This document shows positions 9,420-20,000 of a DNA stretch of 20,000 nt, one piece after another; the first letter of the stretch is position 1; the number at the start of each line of letters is the position of its first letter. A model generated the notes under the pieces. The model saw only the letters and a program-made list of their open reading frames with translations, ran no database searches and was not told the origin of the DNA. The translations under genes were made by a program, and so were the position numbers. Source of the DNA: Asterionella formosa (lineage: Eukaryota); the NCBI GenBank assembly GCA_002256025.1, contig NKIB01004673.1:120408-140407 (forward strand). Direction: 5' to 3'.

Positions 9420-9671
9420 AACTCCGAATTATTCATACATACGGCCCCTGAACCGGTAGTTAAAAAAATATTAAATCTGCCGTATACGCATACAGTACCT
9501 GTTACCATGTGGTGCTAAATTGCAATTCGTATGGTGACTAACAGGTACCGCGTGCATAGAATTGGTATTACATGAGCCATCTCCATCAGTGGCAAAATCC
9601 AATGCGTTTGTTGCCTCCAACCCTCGAATAATTTCAATTTCTAACGCTAACTTCAGCCCATATTGCCTGTT

Positions 9672-10856
9672 ATGGCATCCTTTGCTGTCCGGTTTTCCAC
9701 TCGAGCAGTCCTTCCCGCTGCATCTTCCTTTGTGTTCCAATCCTACGTATGCAAATGCGAAGAATCTCCAAAAGTGGAGATTCCAGAAGCCGATCGACCG
9801 CAATTTGCCGATACCAAAGGATTTCGTGCCGACGCCGAAGGAGATTTTCACAACCTCTTTCCTCGCAGACAGCTCTGGCAGCCCGCTGTAGAATATCCAT
9901 TGTGGGATGGGAATTGGGATGGACGACAGCCGACTCCGTTGGACGATACCGACGAAGAGCGGAGACGAACGCGAAAGATTCGGAGCGAGGGAGTGACTCG
10001 GCATATCATTTTGATTCGGCATGGACAGTACGATGAACAACACAAGGTGAGGTAACACATATTTTCTTAGAACCGAGTTCTCGTGGAATCGATTTGATAA
10101 CAACTCATCTATGCCTATCTTTGATTTTCTTACCAATCGTAGGCAGATGAACATAGGCGATTGACGCCGATTGGAAGGGAGCAAGCCGAGGTTACTGGAC
10201 GCCGTATTGCGGAGCTTGTAAAAGGAGTAGATGAAAAATTTGGTCCCTGTCGGGTCAAAGTATTGCATGTTAGTAATATGGCAAGGGCAAAGGAAACGGC
10301 TGACGTGATTGCTCAGTATTTGCCAACCGTGGAACGAAGTGATCCTGACCCTCTGTTGAATGAAGGGAAACCTTCGCATTACATTCCTGGGGGCAAGGCA
10401 AGCCCATCAGATATTGCTAGAACAGACGAAGGACACGTGAGAATTGAAGCTGCGTTCCAAAAGTACTTTTACAGAAAAGAAATGAAAAAGAAAAGCCAAA
10501 CGAGCAAAGCTGGGGAAACACCTAATGGCGTTCCAAATGATCAAAAACTCAATGACAACCCTGATCCCTTGGTTTCTACAGAAATAAAGCCTTCTGAAAG
10601 TGATGAGAGCAAGGACAAGGATTGCAAACATGAGTTTGAAATCATTGTATGTCACGCCAACGTGATCCGATATTTCGCCTGCCGTGCACTTCAGCTCCCT
10701 CCGGAGGCGTGGTTACGAATCTGCACCTTCAATTGCTCCTTGACATACCTGACTATACGACCAACTGGGACAGTAAGCATCCGGAGCCTGGGAGATTGTG
10801 GGCATCTCCCATACGAATTGATCACATTTTCTAGGCATCATGGGTATAATTGGTAA
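9672..10856 (+). CDS. PGAM5: PGAM5-type mitochondrial Ser/Thr protein phosphatase, histidine phosphatase superfamily (362 aa; exons 9672-10046, 10143-10856)
   Basis: WDGNWD (WDxNWD allosteric motif), RHIILIRHGQY, LTPIGREQA, RAKETA, LNEG, RIEAAF, EIIVCHANVIRYF..RALQLPPEAWLR, LGDCGHLP. Phase-0 intron 10047-10142 (gtgagg...cgtag). Confidence 0.93.
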
Positions 10857-11223
10857 ACTTTATGAAGGCACTGGGTCACTCTACCTCTTGCGTCGAATTT
10901 TCTTTTCTAGGACCTCAAAAAGCGGTCTGAACGGTACTAATTGAAATTTATTCGAGTGAAATAACTACATGACTTCTCTATTATTCGTGAACCAATTTCA
11001 GAAGTATTGGAAAGCAAATTTTCATGGCGATAATATCGAGCTGCTCCATCCTCTTTTGCGCAGCAACTACTAGGACACTGGAGCATCCAATGGGGAAAAA
11101 GTTGGTGAACTCATTCGAGCCACACGAGTCCAAGAAACCTCATCCTTATTTTGGTGTTGCTTGGCGACAGTTTGAATCTAAGTATGTATAAACTGACAAT
11201 GAAATTTCCACAAGTGCTGAAAG

Positions 11224-12279
11224 TCAATCATACTCTGCAAAGTAGGAATCTACAACTTCACCGTATTCGGTAGCACGTTCCAACAATCCATGGTGGGAGC
11301 ATCCCTCTAAAACTTTTGTCCTTGAAAACCCATGATTGAAGCATTGTCTCCATCCTTCAATACATCGTTGTGATACAAAATCATATTCACCTCGCATCAC
11401 CATACATGGTGGCATACGAGATGCCCCCTCCTTGGGAGGTGTGGCAACATAGTTGTAAATTGCCGTCGTTCCTCTCCATACAGAGCCGGCATGAGCATAG
11501 GCATCGGCAAGTGGTTGGGGCCATTCTGAAGTTCGACATTGATGAAGTTGACGAAATTGTTCCGTAGAGTTCTGTAACTGTAACAGCAACAGGTCGGCTT
11601 CGTCTTGTACCATTTGTACTGATGTTGGGCTCGATGATAGAATTGCAGATAAGACAACAACACCATCACTATTACCTTTGTCAGTGCGTTCCGCAAGTCG
11701 TTTCATGTATTCATATGCCAAAATCCCACCAAAGGATTGTCCATACAAATGACATCGCCGAACTCCCAATTTTTTTAGTAAGGCTTCTAAATCATCCAAG
11801 GCATACTCAATACTATACTCCGCAACATCCTTTGGTTCGTCACTCCGCCCACAGCCAATTTGATCATAATAAATTATCGACCGATAAGGAAGCACTTGTT
11901 GTAATGGATACAGATAGTCCGAAGGGACCGATGGACCACCATGGAGAACAACGACTGGAGCTGCTTGTCTCGAGGAGAGTGCCATGGGGCGAGCAATTCG
12001 ATAGGCAAGTTGGTAATGATTGGTGGTGGGTGTGCTGCCAGAAGTAGTGTTGGATCGAGTGATTTGTAGCGTGCCAACATTGTCTGTTGTAGCTAGCAAC
12101 GACAATGGCGTTCGGCCAATATCATTACGTGATGGAGTTGTTCTTCCTGCTGCTTGCCTCCTACTTTTCGTCGGAATCACACAAAAAGCGAGTACTAATG
12201 TCCCTGGATGATACGCGAAGAGAAGAACGACCAGTTGGATGATTTGTAGTAATCTCGAGGGAATCATCAGTACCGTCAT
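11224..12279 (-). CDS. Proline iminopeptidase-like alpha/beta hydrolase (peptidase S33) with putative bipartite targeting presequence, 351 aa
   Basis: VVLHGGP, YYDQIGCGRSD, nucleophile elbow GQSFGG, GEYD (Asp) and CSHH (His). N-terminal hydrophobic signal peptide ending VLA|F, followed by an R/S/T-rich segment. Confidence 0.88.
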   Translation of the reverse strand: MTVLMIPSRLLQIIQLVVLLFAYHPGTLVLAFCVIPTKSRRQAAGRTTPSRNDIGRTPLSLLATTDNVGTLQITRSNTTSGSTPTTNHYQLAYRIARPMALSSRQAAPVVVLHGGPSVPSDYLYPLQQVLPYRSIIYYDQIGCGRSDEPKDVAEYSIEYALDDLEALLKKLGVRRCHLYGQSFGGILAYEYMKRLAERTDKGNSDGVVVLSAILSSSPTSVQMVQDEADLLLLQLQNSTEQFRQLHQCRTSEWPQPLADAYAHAGSVWRGTTAIYNYVATPPKEGASRMPPCMVMRGEYDFVSQRCIEGWRQCFNHGFSRTKVLEGCSHHGLLERATEYGEVVDSYFAEYD

Positions 12280-12454
12280 TTTAGTTTTTGTTGTTCGTCA
12301 CTGTGTGAGTTTCGTCTTTCATGGCATCATCCTGTGGTGACCTGTGTGCAGTCGTTGATATCATGGCCAAGTTCAAAATAGATTTGTTTACTATCGGTAT
12401 TCCGGTATCATAGATTACCGGTACCTACCGGTAGAACCAGGTAACACCGCAATT

Positions 12455-13139
12455 CCCGTTCCAGCTATTGGCTTGCAACTCGGTTACTTCTAAGTAATTT
12501 TTATGCCCTAAGTAATAATTGGTTAGGGGCAATATGGTGCAAATCGAATTTTTCGGGATGAAAATTGCCGATTTTAGCACAGAATAACGGTAATGATATA
12601 CATAGATATGGTAAAACAAGTGTGAAACACACGAGAACAATTGTTCTCCGTAACATACAATTTCAATGAAAATTGAACATGATGTTTGGAAAAAAGTATG
12701 ACATGCAATGTAATGAGAAACAGAAAAAATTGTTTTGGGTTAGAAATGAAGTCAAAAATATGAGTTTCAGTGGAGACGTATCCATTGTAGTACTTACACA
12801 GGCAGTGCCCGCTCCAGCTATCGTCTTGCCATTTGGGTTCTTCTAAGTAATTTTTAGGCTCTAAGTAATTTGTTAAGTAATTTTTATTTAGGGGCAATAT
12901 GGGGCACATCAAATTTTCGGCATCAAAATTGCCGATTTTAGCATGACAGCCAGAATAACGGTAAAATACATAGAAAGGGTACAACAAGCATAAAACACAC
13001 AAGAATGATTGTAACATGCAACATCAATGAAAATTGAACATGATGTTTGGAGCAACCAAAGTATGAAATGCGATGTAATAAGTAGGTAAAAAATAGGAGT
13101 TTCAATGGAGATGCATGCATTGTAGCACTTACACAGGCA
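12455..13139. repeat. Two diverged tandem copies of a ~330-350-bp non-coding unit (12455-12804, 12808-13139)
   Basis: Shared blocks in the same order: cccg.tccagctat, ttctaagtaattttta, ttaggggcaatatgg, aaaattgccgattttagca, cagaataacggtaa, tcaatgaaaattgaacatgatgtttgga, cattgtag.acttacacaggca. Confidence 0.9.
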
Positions 13140-14219
13140 ACAATGACTTTCCATCACACCATCGAAGAGCAAAATGAAACAGATAAGAAAGAAAAGCTCA
13201 ACCCAATTGAAATCTACATCATGATGTAGCGTAGATGATCTGGTTGCTGTAACCAGGAACATCGCTGTAGTAGCCTGACCCAAGTTGCTTGCAGTCCTTC
13301 CGCCCACAGTTGTTCCTCCTACCAAACAACCCTGATCATTCCATTCTGAGCAAGCGTGATCGCCAGGCTGCTCGAGCACTATCGACACGCTCTAGCTGAG
13401 TATTTATGTAGCTTATGATATAAACTAGTAGTAGAAATGTAGAAAAAACGTTAGTACAAGAAAAACATTGCTTGGCAGCAATATTGACATCATGGTAAAC
13501 AACTATACACATAAAAAAAGACGATCAACAACAGCACAGCACCTCTTCAAAGAGTGTTAATTGATAAATACATTGGTTCTTATGTAGATAGATACAATCA
13601 AATCAAAACGACAGTGCAGAAAAAGAATCAACGATGGAAGCGATCAAAACAGACCATGGAAGCAATCAAATCGGAAATTTGACGAATAGGATCTACAATC
13701 CACATTCAGTGTTTCACTGTTGTACTCACCAATCAGCTTCAACTAGCATAACAAGCAGCAGGCAATGGGATCAAAGAATGACAATCCCGAATATAGCAAT
13801 GGCAGGCAGGATAGAGTGAGAAGGATAATTGTGAGGACAAAATCGGGCATACGTAAAATCAATCAATATGTGAACGATATAATTTAACATTCTGGTCTCA
13901 TAAAAAATAATAACGATTCTACAGAGATAAAAAAATTTAGTAACGTGTTCAAAGTAAGCATTAAAGTTTAGCTTAAACCATGCGTGGTTGTTTCGAGTAC
14001 CACGTACGTATGTAGGCTAGATGAATACCGGTACATAATAATATCCATTAAGCATCAACACTCCCAAATATTTTGTGTGTACAGAAGAAATAAAACAACA
14101 TAATGGTATTCTATTTATTCATTTTTTTTTCGAATATCACTGTTCTCTGTAAAGTATCATCACATACATGAAAATATTGTCACATATGCCAGTACCGGTA
14201 GGTAAATTCATGCAGAAAC

Positions 14220-14561
14220 ATGAGAATTGTGGATGACATTCGTGATGGCGAAATACTCAGCATCAGAGGTACTACCAATGAAAGAAGCTGTCAGCAGCAT
14301 GTGTGCTGTGGGGCGATGGTGAGGCCAAATGATTGTGTTCGATTCAAGGCATCAGTCATCCCGATTGATGGAGTTGATCAGGAAGGGATCAAGGTTTCTC
14401 TTATCCTTGATGGGACGGAACTGTGCTGTATGACTGTAGTGAGTTTTCTGCCAAAAAGGCAAAAAGCAACAATATCCTTGGAGTTTCTTCATTCCGGCTT
14501 CTTGATGACATTCAGATTCAGCAATAGATGTTACGAAAACTTGAGAAGCCTTAAATTTTAA
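14220..14561 (+). pseudogene. Cys/His-rich transposon-associated ORF, apparently internally deleted
   Basis: MRIVDDIRDGEILSIRGTTNERSCQQHVCCGAMVRPNDCVRFK...IKVSLILDGTELCC. RSCxxHxxCG motif with protein-like composition for about 70 aa, then loss of coherence. Convergent with the DDE remnant. Confidence 0.45.
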
Positions 14562-14784
14562 TCTACATTAGAACATTAATAATTTTATTAGAAATCAGCA
14601 TTTTCAACATTAGAATCACTTCGTTTTAGTTATTTTGTAGTCCTCAACTTAATTTATTTGACCAGGGTTTGCCATCATGAATCAAATTGACGATTATGAT
14701 TTTTTCACTAAAATTAAATGCTAAAATAGATTATCAAATGATCCGATGCATCCTCTACTAATTGACAAGTTAACAGCAGCAAAG

Positions 14785-15260
14785 CCCTCAAATCCAATAG
14801 TCCTCCAGGTATTGGTGATTGTTTGAATTGTGACTCTGGTCCATGCCATTTCTACCCACTGTCCAATGTGATGCCTTTGCACCTTGGAATTATCCACATT
14901 GGCGACCTTGTGGTCTTCTTATTATCCCCGCATGTAATTCTTGAAGGGCTTCTTCACTCCAACATCCAACACCACTTTAAGTCTAGATGTGTAGCCTGTG
15001 AGGACATAATCAACGTCAGCGCCGAAATTTTTAATTGCGTCGACACAACGTCCTACCTTGTGGACAGTAAAATCATCCATGATGAGGTAAATATTCGATG
15101 GGCAACGAAACATCCCGAAGTACAATCCATTCATAGGTTAAAGATCAGGACCCTCCGTGATCAACTAACATTCATCTTATGCCATGTATATACACAGCAG
15201 CCACCAATCCTGGGTTTGCTAATGAAATGGGAATGAAATGCAATGTAGCTTATACATTCT
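14785..15260 (-). mobile_element. pogo/Tc1-mariner-like DDE_1 transposase remnant
   Basis: YLIMDDFTVHK...VDYVLTGYTSRLKVVLDVGVKKPFKNYMR (cf. DDE_1 L..D...H...GxTxxLQxLDVGVNxPFK), followed near 14880-14790 by RHHIGQWVEMAWTRVTIQTITNTWRTIGF. Disrupted by stops. Confidence 0.8.
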
Positions 15261-15914
15261 TTAGGCAAATAAATAAATGAGACCGGAATCCGAAATCAGG
15301 TCTTTAGATGTATGGGATGATATGTTTAATCCACCAATGCATTTTAAAATATCCCGCGTTACAATAGCGGCGATATCCAGCCTGTAATTATCCTGTAAAT
15401 AACAAATGTTATCCACTTAATGACTGACATAAGACATATTCAATGCGTCGTCATAAATATATATGTATTATAAAATAGCATTGCTATTGTCGCACATATT
15501 TCTGTTGAGGCGGTCTGTTCAGCATTCTGCTGGGTTTTAGGCAGCACAAAGGCGACTAGCTGAATAACAGGAGGGTTCATGACTACTAATATTTCTTGGT
15601 TAGATTCATAAAAGTCAGCAGGTATGGCCCTTGGCACAGTACCCTAACTAGACATCATCATAGGGTTAACCCATGGATTTGTAGAAAACATGCACGGAAG
15701 AAGAACATGAACAGGGTTAGCTGTGTCAGTATGATAATTCGCTCTGCGAAGAATTTCCACGCCAGAGGAACATGAGGAGCGGTTAGTAGTGTTAGTAATG
15801 TTATCTCGATGGGCTTCATATTTGACCGGTGTTGTTTCACTATCCCATGCGTGGCTGGCTGCATTAAAATGCATGTGCCCTGCCATTACCACTTAGTGTG
15901 AAACTATTGTGTAC

Positions 15915-16151
15915 AAATTGACGCTTGACATGCTTTTTTCTTGATACATCACACAACTGCATTCAGCAATGCGGAGACGATCTTTTGTTAAAAATTGACA
16001 CTAGTCACGCTTGGTTTCTTGATGCATCACAGGATTGTCTTCCACTTCAACTATTTTTTGACTATTTTGTGTTAGAAAATTGACACCAGGCACGCGCGTT
16101 CTCTTGACATAAAATGATAGCCTTCAGCGATGCGAAGACGATGTTGTGTTA
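15915..16151. repeat. Degenerate three-unit minisatellite (~75-85-bp period)
   Basis: aaattgac recurs at about 15915, 15992 and 16077, each followed by ..ca(c/t)gc....t(t/c)tcttga. ttcagc.atgcg.agacgat.tt.tgtta recurs at about 15962 and 16123. Confidence 0.65.
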
Positions 16152-17193
16152 TAGTCGAACTCATGCTTGAGGATTTGCTTGACATTATCTTTGAATGATT
16201 GCTGATTCTAGAAGTAAGTCAAAAACAAGCGAATCATTTGTTTTTTGTTCTTTTCATTTTTCAATTCAAACTCTTGCTGCCACACATCGGGCATAAAGTA
16301 AATGACAATTAAACTCGAAAATCGTCCTTGGCCAAGATTTCCTGATTTTGCGGATGAGGCATCATTATTTTGAGAAGCTTATTTAAGGTCTTGAGATAGG
16401 CAGAGAATTCGATCACCAACATGTTGAAATTTTTTATTGAGAATTATCATGGCATCCACTGATGCCGACTCTCAGAGATATCATGAAGAAGAAGATAATC
16501 TTCCAGCCACATCACCATGACTTTGTTGAGACTATCATGGGACTGAGTATCTGGGTGTATTGTAATGCTCATCCAGTCAGACAAAGCGATAACTGTGAGT
16601 CATCTTTTTTAGCAGTAGGAGAACAAGCAAGGAATCTGCTGGACTGAGCGAAGGAACATGTGTTAGCCATCATATCACATGATTTACTGAAATCAATCAA
16701 CAAGCTTCCACTGAGTGTTCATTGATCATATCTTCATTTTGAAAGACTCCAAACATCGACCTGGTAGGGATGCACAAAGAGGTCTGAATCGTGATGTTCA
16801 GTATGTTGTTATCCTTCATCAATGGGACCATGGAACTTGAGAGGATAGTAGTACATCAGCAATTCTAATTGGACTCTTTTTGAATTCTAAGTGAAGTATC
16901 TAACTAGAAGTAGTATTTTTTGTTGAATATATGAGCTTATTAGTTAATCCTTGTGTGCAACTCATTCTCTAAGTCATCACCAAAGTATACAATAGGTGTT
17001 AGTCGAGTTCTCTCATTATTGAGTTCTGATGTATTTGAAATAACTCTAACCCTATATACATCTGTATTGATGCGCGGGATCGCTCACCTGGTACTGGTAC
17101 CAGGCACCAGGTATTGATGCAGCGATGCCGTGAGATGAGGTGGAGAAGATCAGCCAAACAAGGACAATGCTCTAAATAAATTGCCTTGCAACC

Positions 17194-18024
17194 ATGCTGT
17201 TGATGCGGCAGCTGATGTTCACCCTCTACTTCACAAAATCTTCGCTCCACCCTCTGAGAGTAGCGGTTCCTTTCATTTCCCACAGGCCCTTTGCATCCGG
17301 AACAATACGCATGTCCACTCAAGACGCTGGGCTCACGGATATCGGCGAGAACAGTTCAGTACAAATAAGTACTAATAGTGATCCATCAATTTCCACATCT
17401 TGGAAGCAACTCATCGACGTGTCCATTGCTAAATCACGCAAGATACGGGGAGCCAACTTTGTCCAGGTTGCCACAGTCGATGAAACCACGATGGAGCCCC
17501 GATGTCGCACTATTGTCTTTCGGGGCTTTCAAGCACTCCCTTCAGGACATTTCCTTGCTCGGGAGATGGGCGATGGCACCTCCTGCGTCATGAGAATGAT
17601 CGCCGACAATCGATCCAGTAAAGTGCGAGAATCTGCGGCGTGTGAAATGCTTTGGTGGTTTGCAAAGACTAGCGAGCAATACCGCATACGGGGAAAGCTG
17701 ATCTATATAGGCAGCAGTGGGCTGATTGGGGATGAGGCAGATAAGAAGGTTTTGTTTTTGGCTAGAAAGGAGCAATGGGGCAATTTGAGTGATACAGCTA
17801 GAGAGCAGTTCTTTTGGAATGATCCAGGAATCAATTATTCGGGCGAAGCCACCGTTCCAGCTGGAGGACGCGATGCCGAGGGGACGTTGCTTCCTCCTCC
17901 CGACAGTTTTGTGCTCATGTTCCTCCTTCCTCATCAAGTTGATTACTTGCGGCTTGGAGAGAACTATCGGCAAGTGGATGAACTCAAGGACGGAGTTTGG
18001 TATTCTAGTCGAGTAAATCCCTAG
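17194..18024 (+). CDS. Pyridoxamine 5'-phosphate oxidase-like FMN-binding protein (Alr4036-type), 276 aa
   Basis: SWKQLI...FVQVATV...PRCRTIVFRGF...DNRSSKV...EMLWWF..TSEQYRIRG...W..LS..AR.QF.W..PG...F.L..L.P..VDYLRL...RVNP. The N-terminal extension may be an organelle-targeting peptide; the start could also be M at 17311. Confidence 0.88.
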   Translation: MLLMRQLMFTLYFTKSSLHPLRVAVPFISHRPFASGTIRMSTQDAGLTDIGENSSVQISTNSDPSISTSWKQLIDVSIAKSRKIRGANFVQVATVDETTMEPRCRTIVFRGFQALPSGHFLAREMGDGTSCVMRMIADNRSSKVRESAACEMLWWFAKTSEQYRIRGKLIYIGSSGLIGDEADKKVLFLARKEQWGNLSDTAREQFFWNDPGINYSGEATVPAGGRDAEGTLLPPPDSFVLMFLLPHQVDYLRLGENYRQVDELKDGVWYSSRVNP

Positions 18025-18146
18025 GAGGTTTTTCGTTCCACTCTCTAATAGATGATCTCTAAAACTATGACTCTTCTCTGAATGGTGCCCATTCCCCATC
18101 AGATTTCTAAAGTCGGCTATTGGATCGGTGTGCTCTTAGCTGAATA

Positions 18147-19463
18147 TTACGGCGGAGACACTTGACGACTGCGCTTCAGCTCACGTTCAATATCACTCAC
18201 ACTCGACGGCGATCCCTGCCGATTGGTCTCTCCTGATTTCTTGGTGAAGTGGCTGCGATGACTTTTATTGGCCCGTTCTTGTTTTTCATGTCTCTCCTGT
18301 TTCATCCTCTTCTCTTCGGCTAGATACTTTTCTCGTTTAGCTCGTTCATCCTTTCGTTTCATCTCTTCTGGATTATACTTCATGATAAAATTGTCTCGCC
18401 GATTCATTAATTTTGCACGTTCCGCCAGCGATGGATATGAGACTTCCAAGGCATTCAACCACTTTGATGCCATACGCTTTCTTCCGCTTCGTGTCTTTTC
18501 CCAAACTCTATCGAAATTGCGGGGCGAACAAAAGTTTTGCGTTATCCCCACGGAATGAGACAAGTTCAATACAGCATGCCACCATCCATTGGGAATAAAA
18601 CAAGTTTCTCCTGGATTTTGAGTAAATTCATAGCAAGCAAAGTTTTCATATTCGCCAGTGTTGCCCATTTGGTGTGCCCGACGTTTGATGCGGGGCAAAA
18701 TGAACATGAAATAATGAATGGCCTCATCATCTTCGTCCTTTCGAATCAGGCCCTTACCCTTGACAACATGCTTAGGCACATTTGGGGGGAAAAGGACCCA
18801 CCGCTTCTGCCCAACTAGCAATGTATTCCACGCACTCGTGGCAAGCGGATCGATGTGAACCGTCGTCCCAGAGCGCTCTGGCCCAACTAGCCACCAGCGA
18901 TACGGAGGACGACGAGATTCTGAAACCAATTTAAACAAATCATCTCGGAAAAACAAAGGTACTCGGTAATCAGTCAAAATGCGCTTGGCCAATCGATCGT
19001 CATCAAAGTGTGAATCAAAGATGTAGAGAGGGCTGTCGTCCTTGTTTTTGAGCAGGTATTCCAAGAAATGCTTGAGCTTGATTTTAATGGACCTTCCATC
19101 ATCGTCTTCGCCGCACTTGAACTTCCGGTTCAACAATTCCTTGTCGCCCTGCAAACGATCCAATTGCCACAGCTCGGGAGCTGCCCACCTTTCGACTTGT
19201 GGAATGGATGCAATGAGGCATGGGATACCACGAGCTTCATATTTGGAGATGAAATGATCTTGCCCAGTATTCCTCGCATCGATACGGGCTGGCAACTGCT
19301 GTGGGTGGTTTGACTTTGGAAGCAAGAACGCCTGAAAGTTGCCTTGTTTCTCCAAATGCTTCACAAAGTTCGGAAACTCGTCATAGAGACCATCGCATTC
19401 CCAATCTCTCAAGGAGGGACGGTGCTTGCGACGAGCATCATCCATCTTGTGCCTCCATCCCAT
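18147..19463 (-). CDS. JMJD6: JMJD6 / phosphatidylserine-receptor-type JmjC 2-oxoglutarate oxygenase, 438 aa
   Basis: FKCGEDDDG, DDSPLYIFDS, F.DDLF..V.E.RRPPYRW, GPERSGT.VHIDPLATSAWN (HxD iron ligands), QNPGETCFIPNGWWHAVLNL, ITQNFCS, VW.KT..GR, basic NLS-like C-terminus. Confidence 0.93.
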   Translation of the reverse strand: MGWRHKMDDARRKHRPSLRDWECDGLYDEFPNFVKHLEKQGNFQAFLLPKSNHPQQLPARIDARNTGQDHFISKYEARGIPCLIASIPQVERWAAPELWQLDRLQGDKELLNRKFKCGEDDDGRSIKIKLKHFLEYLLKNKDDSPLYIFDSHFDDDRLAKRILTDYRVPLFFRDDLFKLVSESRRPPYRWWLVGPERSGTTVHIDPLATSAWNTLLVGQKRWVLFPPNVPKHVVKGKGLIRKDEDDEAIHYFMFILPRIKRRAHQMGNTGEYENFACYEFTQNPGETCFIPNGWWHAVLNLSHSVGITQNFCSPRNFDRVWEKTRSGRKRMASKWLNALEVSYPSLAERAKLMNRRDNFIMKYNPEEMKRKDERAKREKYLAEEKRMKQERHEKQERANKSHRSHFTKKSGETNRQGSPSSVSDIERELKRSRQVSPP

Positions 19464-20000
19464 GGTAACAGAGCCTGCTGTCAGTCTTGCTTACAAGGGA
19501 TAATGACTACTTCCTTCGCCTTAGCAATATATAAATTAAGCACAACCGATGGCAGGCCAGTTGTACAAGTGCAGCACAATAAGATATGAAAAGGCGGGGA
19601 GTGTGCGAACGATTGTGGTTTTTACGAAAAGGAAATCGACGATGTTGGTGGGCGGAGGACCATGCGTTGGCGGGGTCAGTTGTTGTGTCGTTTCCGAATA
19701 TTTTTGCTTGACACGATCATGCGGTTCGTATTTTTGCCGGCACCCGGTAAAACACGTTTTTGATTTAGGCAAAGATAATGCTAAAAATATCTCGAATACC
19801 CGACCTTCCAGGGTACCATACCAGCAAGCTGAAACGGGAACGCGGCGCCGGCAGGCACTCAATAATCGGAATTTGATTCCGGTAAAACAAATATATCATG
19901 TGACAGAGCCTGTGTATACTACATACTACCAGTACTGGGAGACTCGTCAACATGTTGTCAGCAATACATTGATCATGTTGATAATTGGCCATTTCTCCAT

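Noticed and set aside
9471..10379. 302-aa minus-strand ORF
   Set aside because: Antisense shadow of PGAM5, crossing its intron, with no recognisable motifs.
12425..13388. Minus-strand ORFs of 71, 147, 159 and 60 aa
   Set aside because: Mostly translations of the AT-rich tandem repeat; indels between the copies break the frame.
15915..16151. CRISPR-like array
   Set aside because: Eukaryotic context, degenerate repeats, spacers related to each other, no cas genes.
17542..18099. 185-aa minus-strand ORF and the short plus-strand ORFs inside JMJD6
   Set aside because: Antisense shadows of well-supported genes.

Overview
Eukaryotic genomic DNA, most likely a diatom or other stramenopile (inferred from short GT-AG introns, compact genes and a putative bipartite plastid-targeting presequence). 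The main result is a head-to-head pair of intron-containing methionine sulfoxide reductase A genes (5362->4537 on -, 6162->6794 on +) that the ORF track captures only as fragments. Both have an in-frame TGA at the catalytic Cys position (VACG-U-FWG), and both have a SECIS-like hairpin in the 3' UTR with AG instead of the canonical AA at the apical position. They are therefore best read as selenoproteins. Other intact genes encode a PGAM5-type phosphatase, a proline iminopeptidase-like hydrolase, a pyridoxamine 5'-phosphate oxidase-like FMN protein and a JMJD6-type JmjC protein. The window also holds an alpha-kinase pseudogene with two in-frame stops and several decayed mobile elements: RNase H-type non-LTR retrotransposon remnants, an LTR-like repeat (2 copies) next to a polypurine tract and a tRNA-like Pol III cassette, and a pogo-like DDE transposase remnant with a convergent Cys/His-rich ORF. 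Two tandem repeats are present. All structures were derived by hand; no database searches were run.
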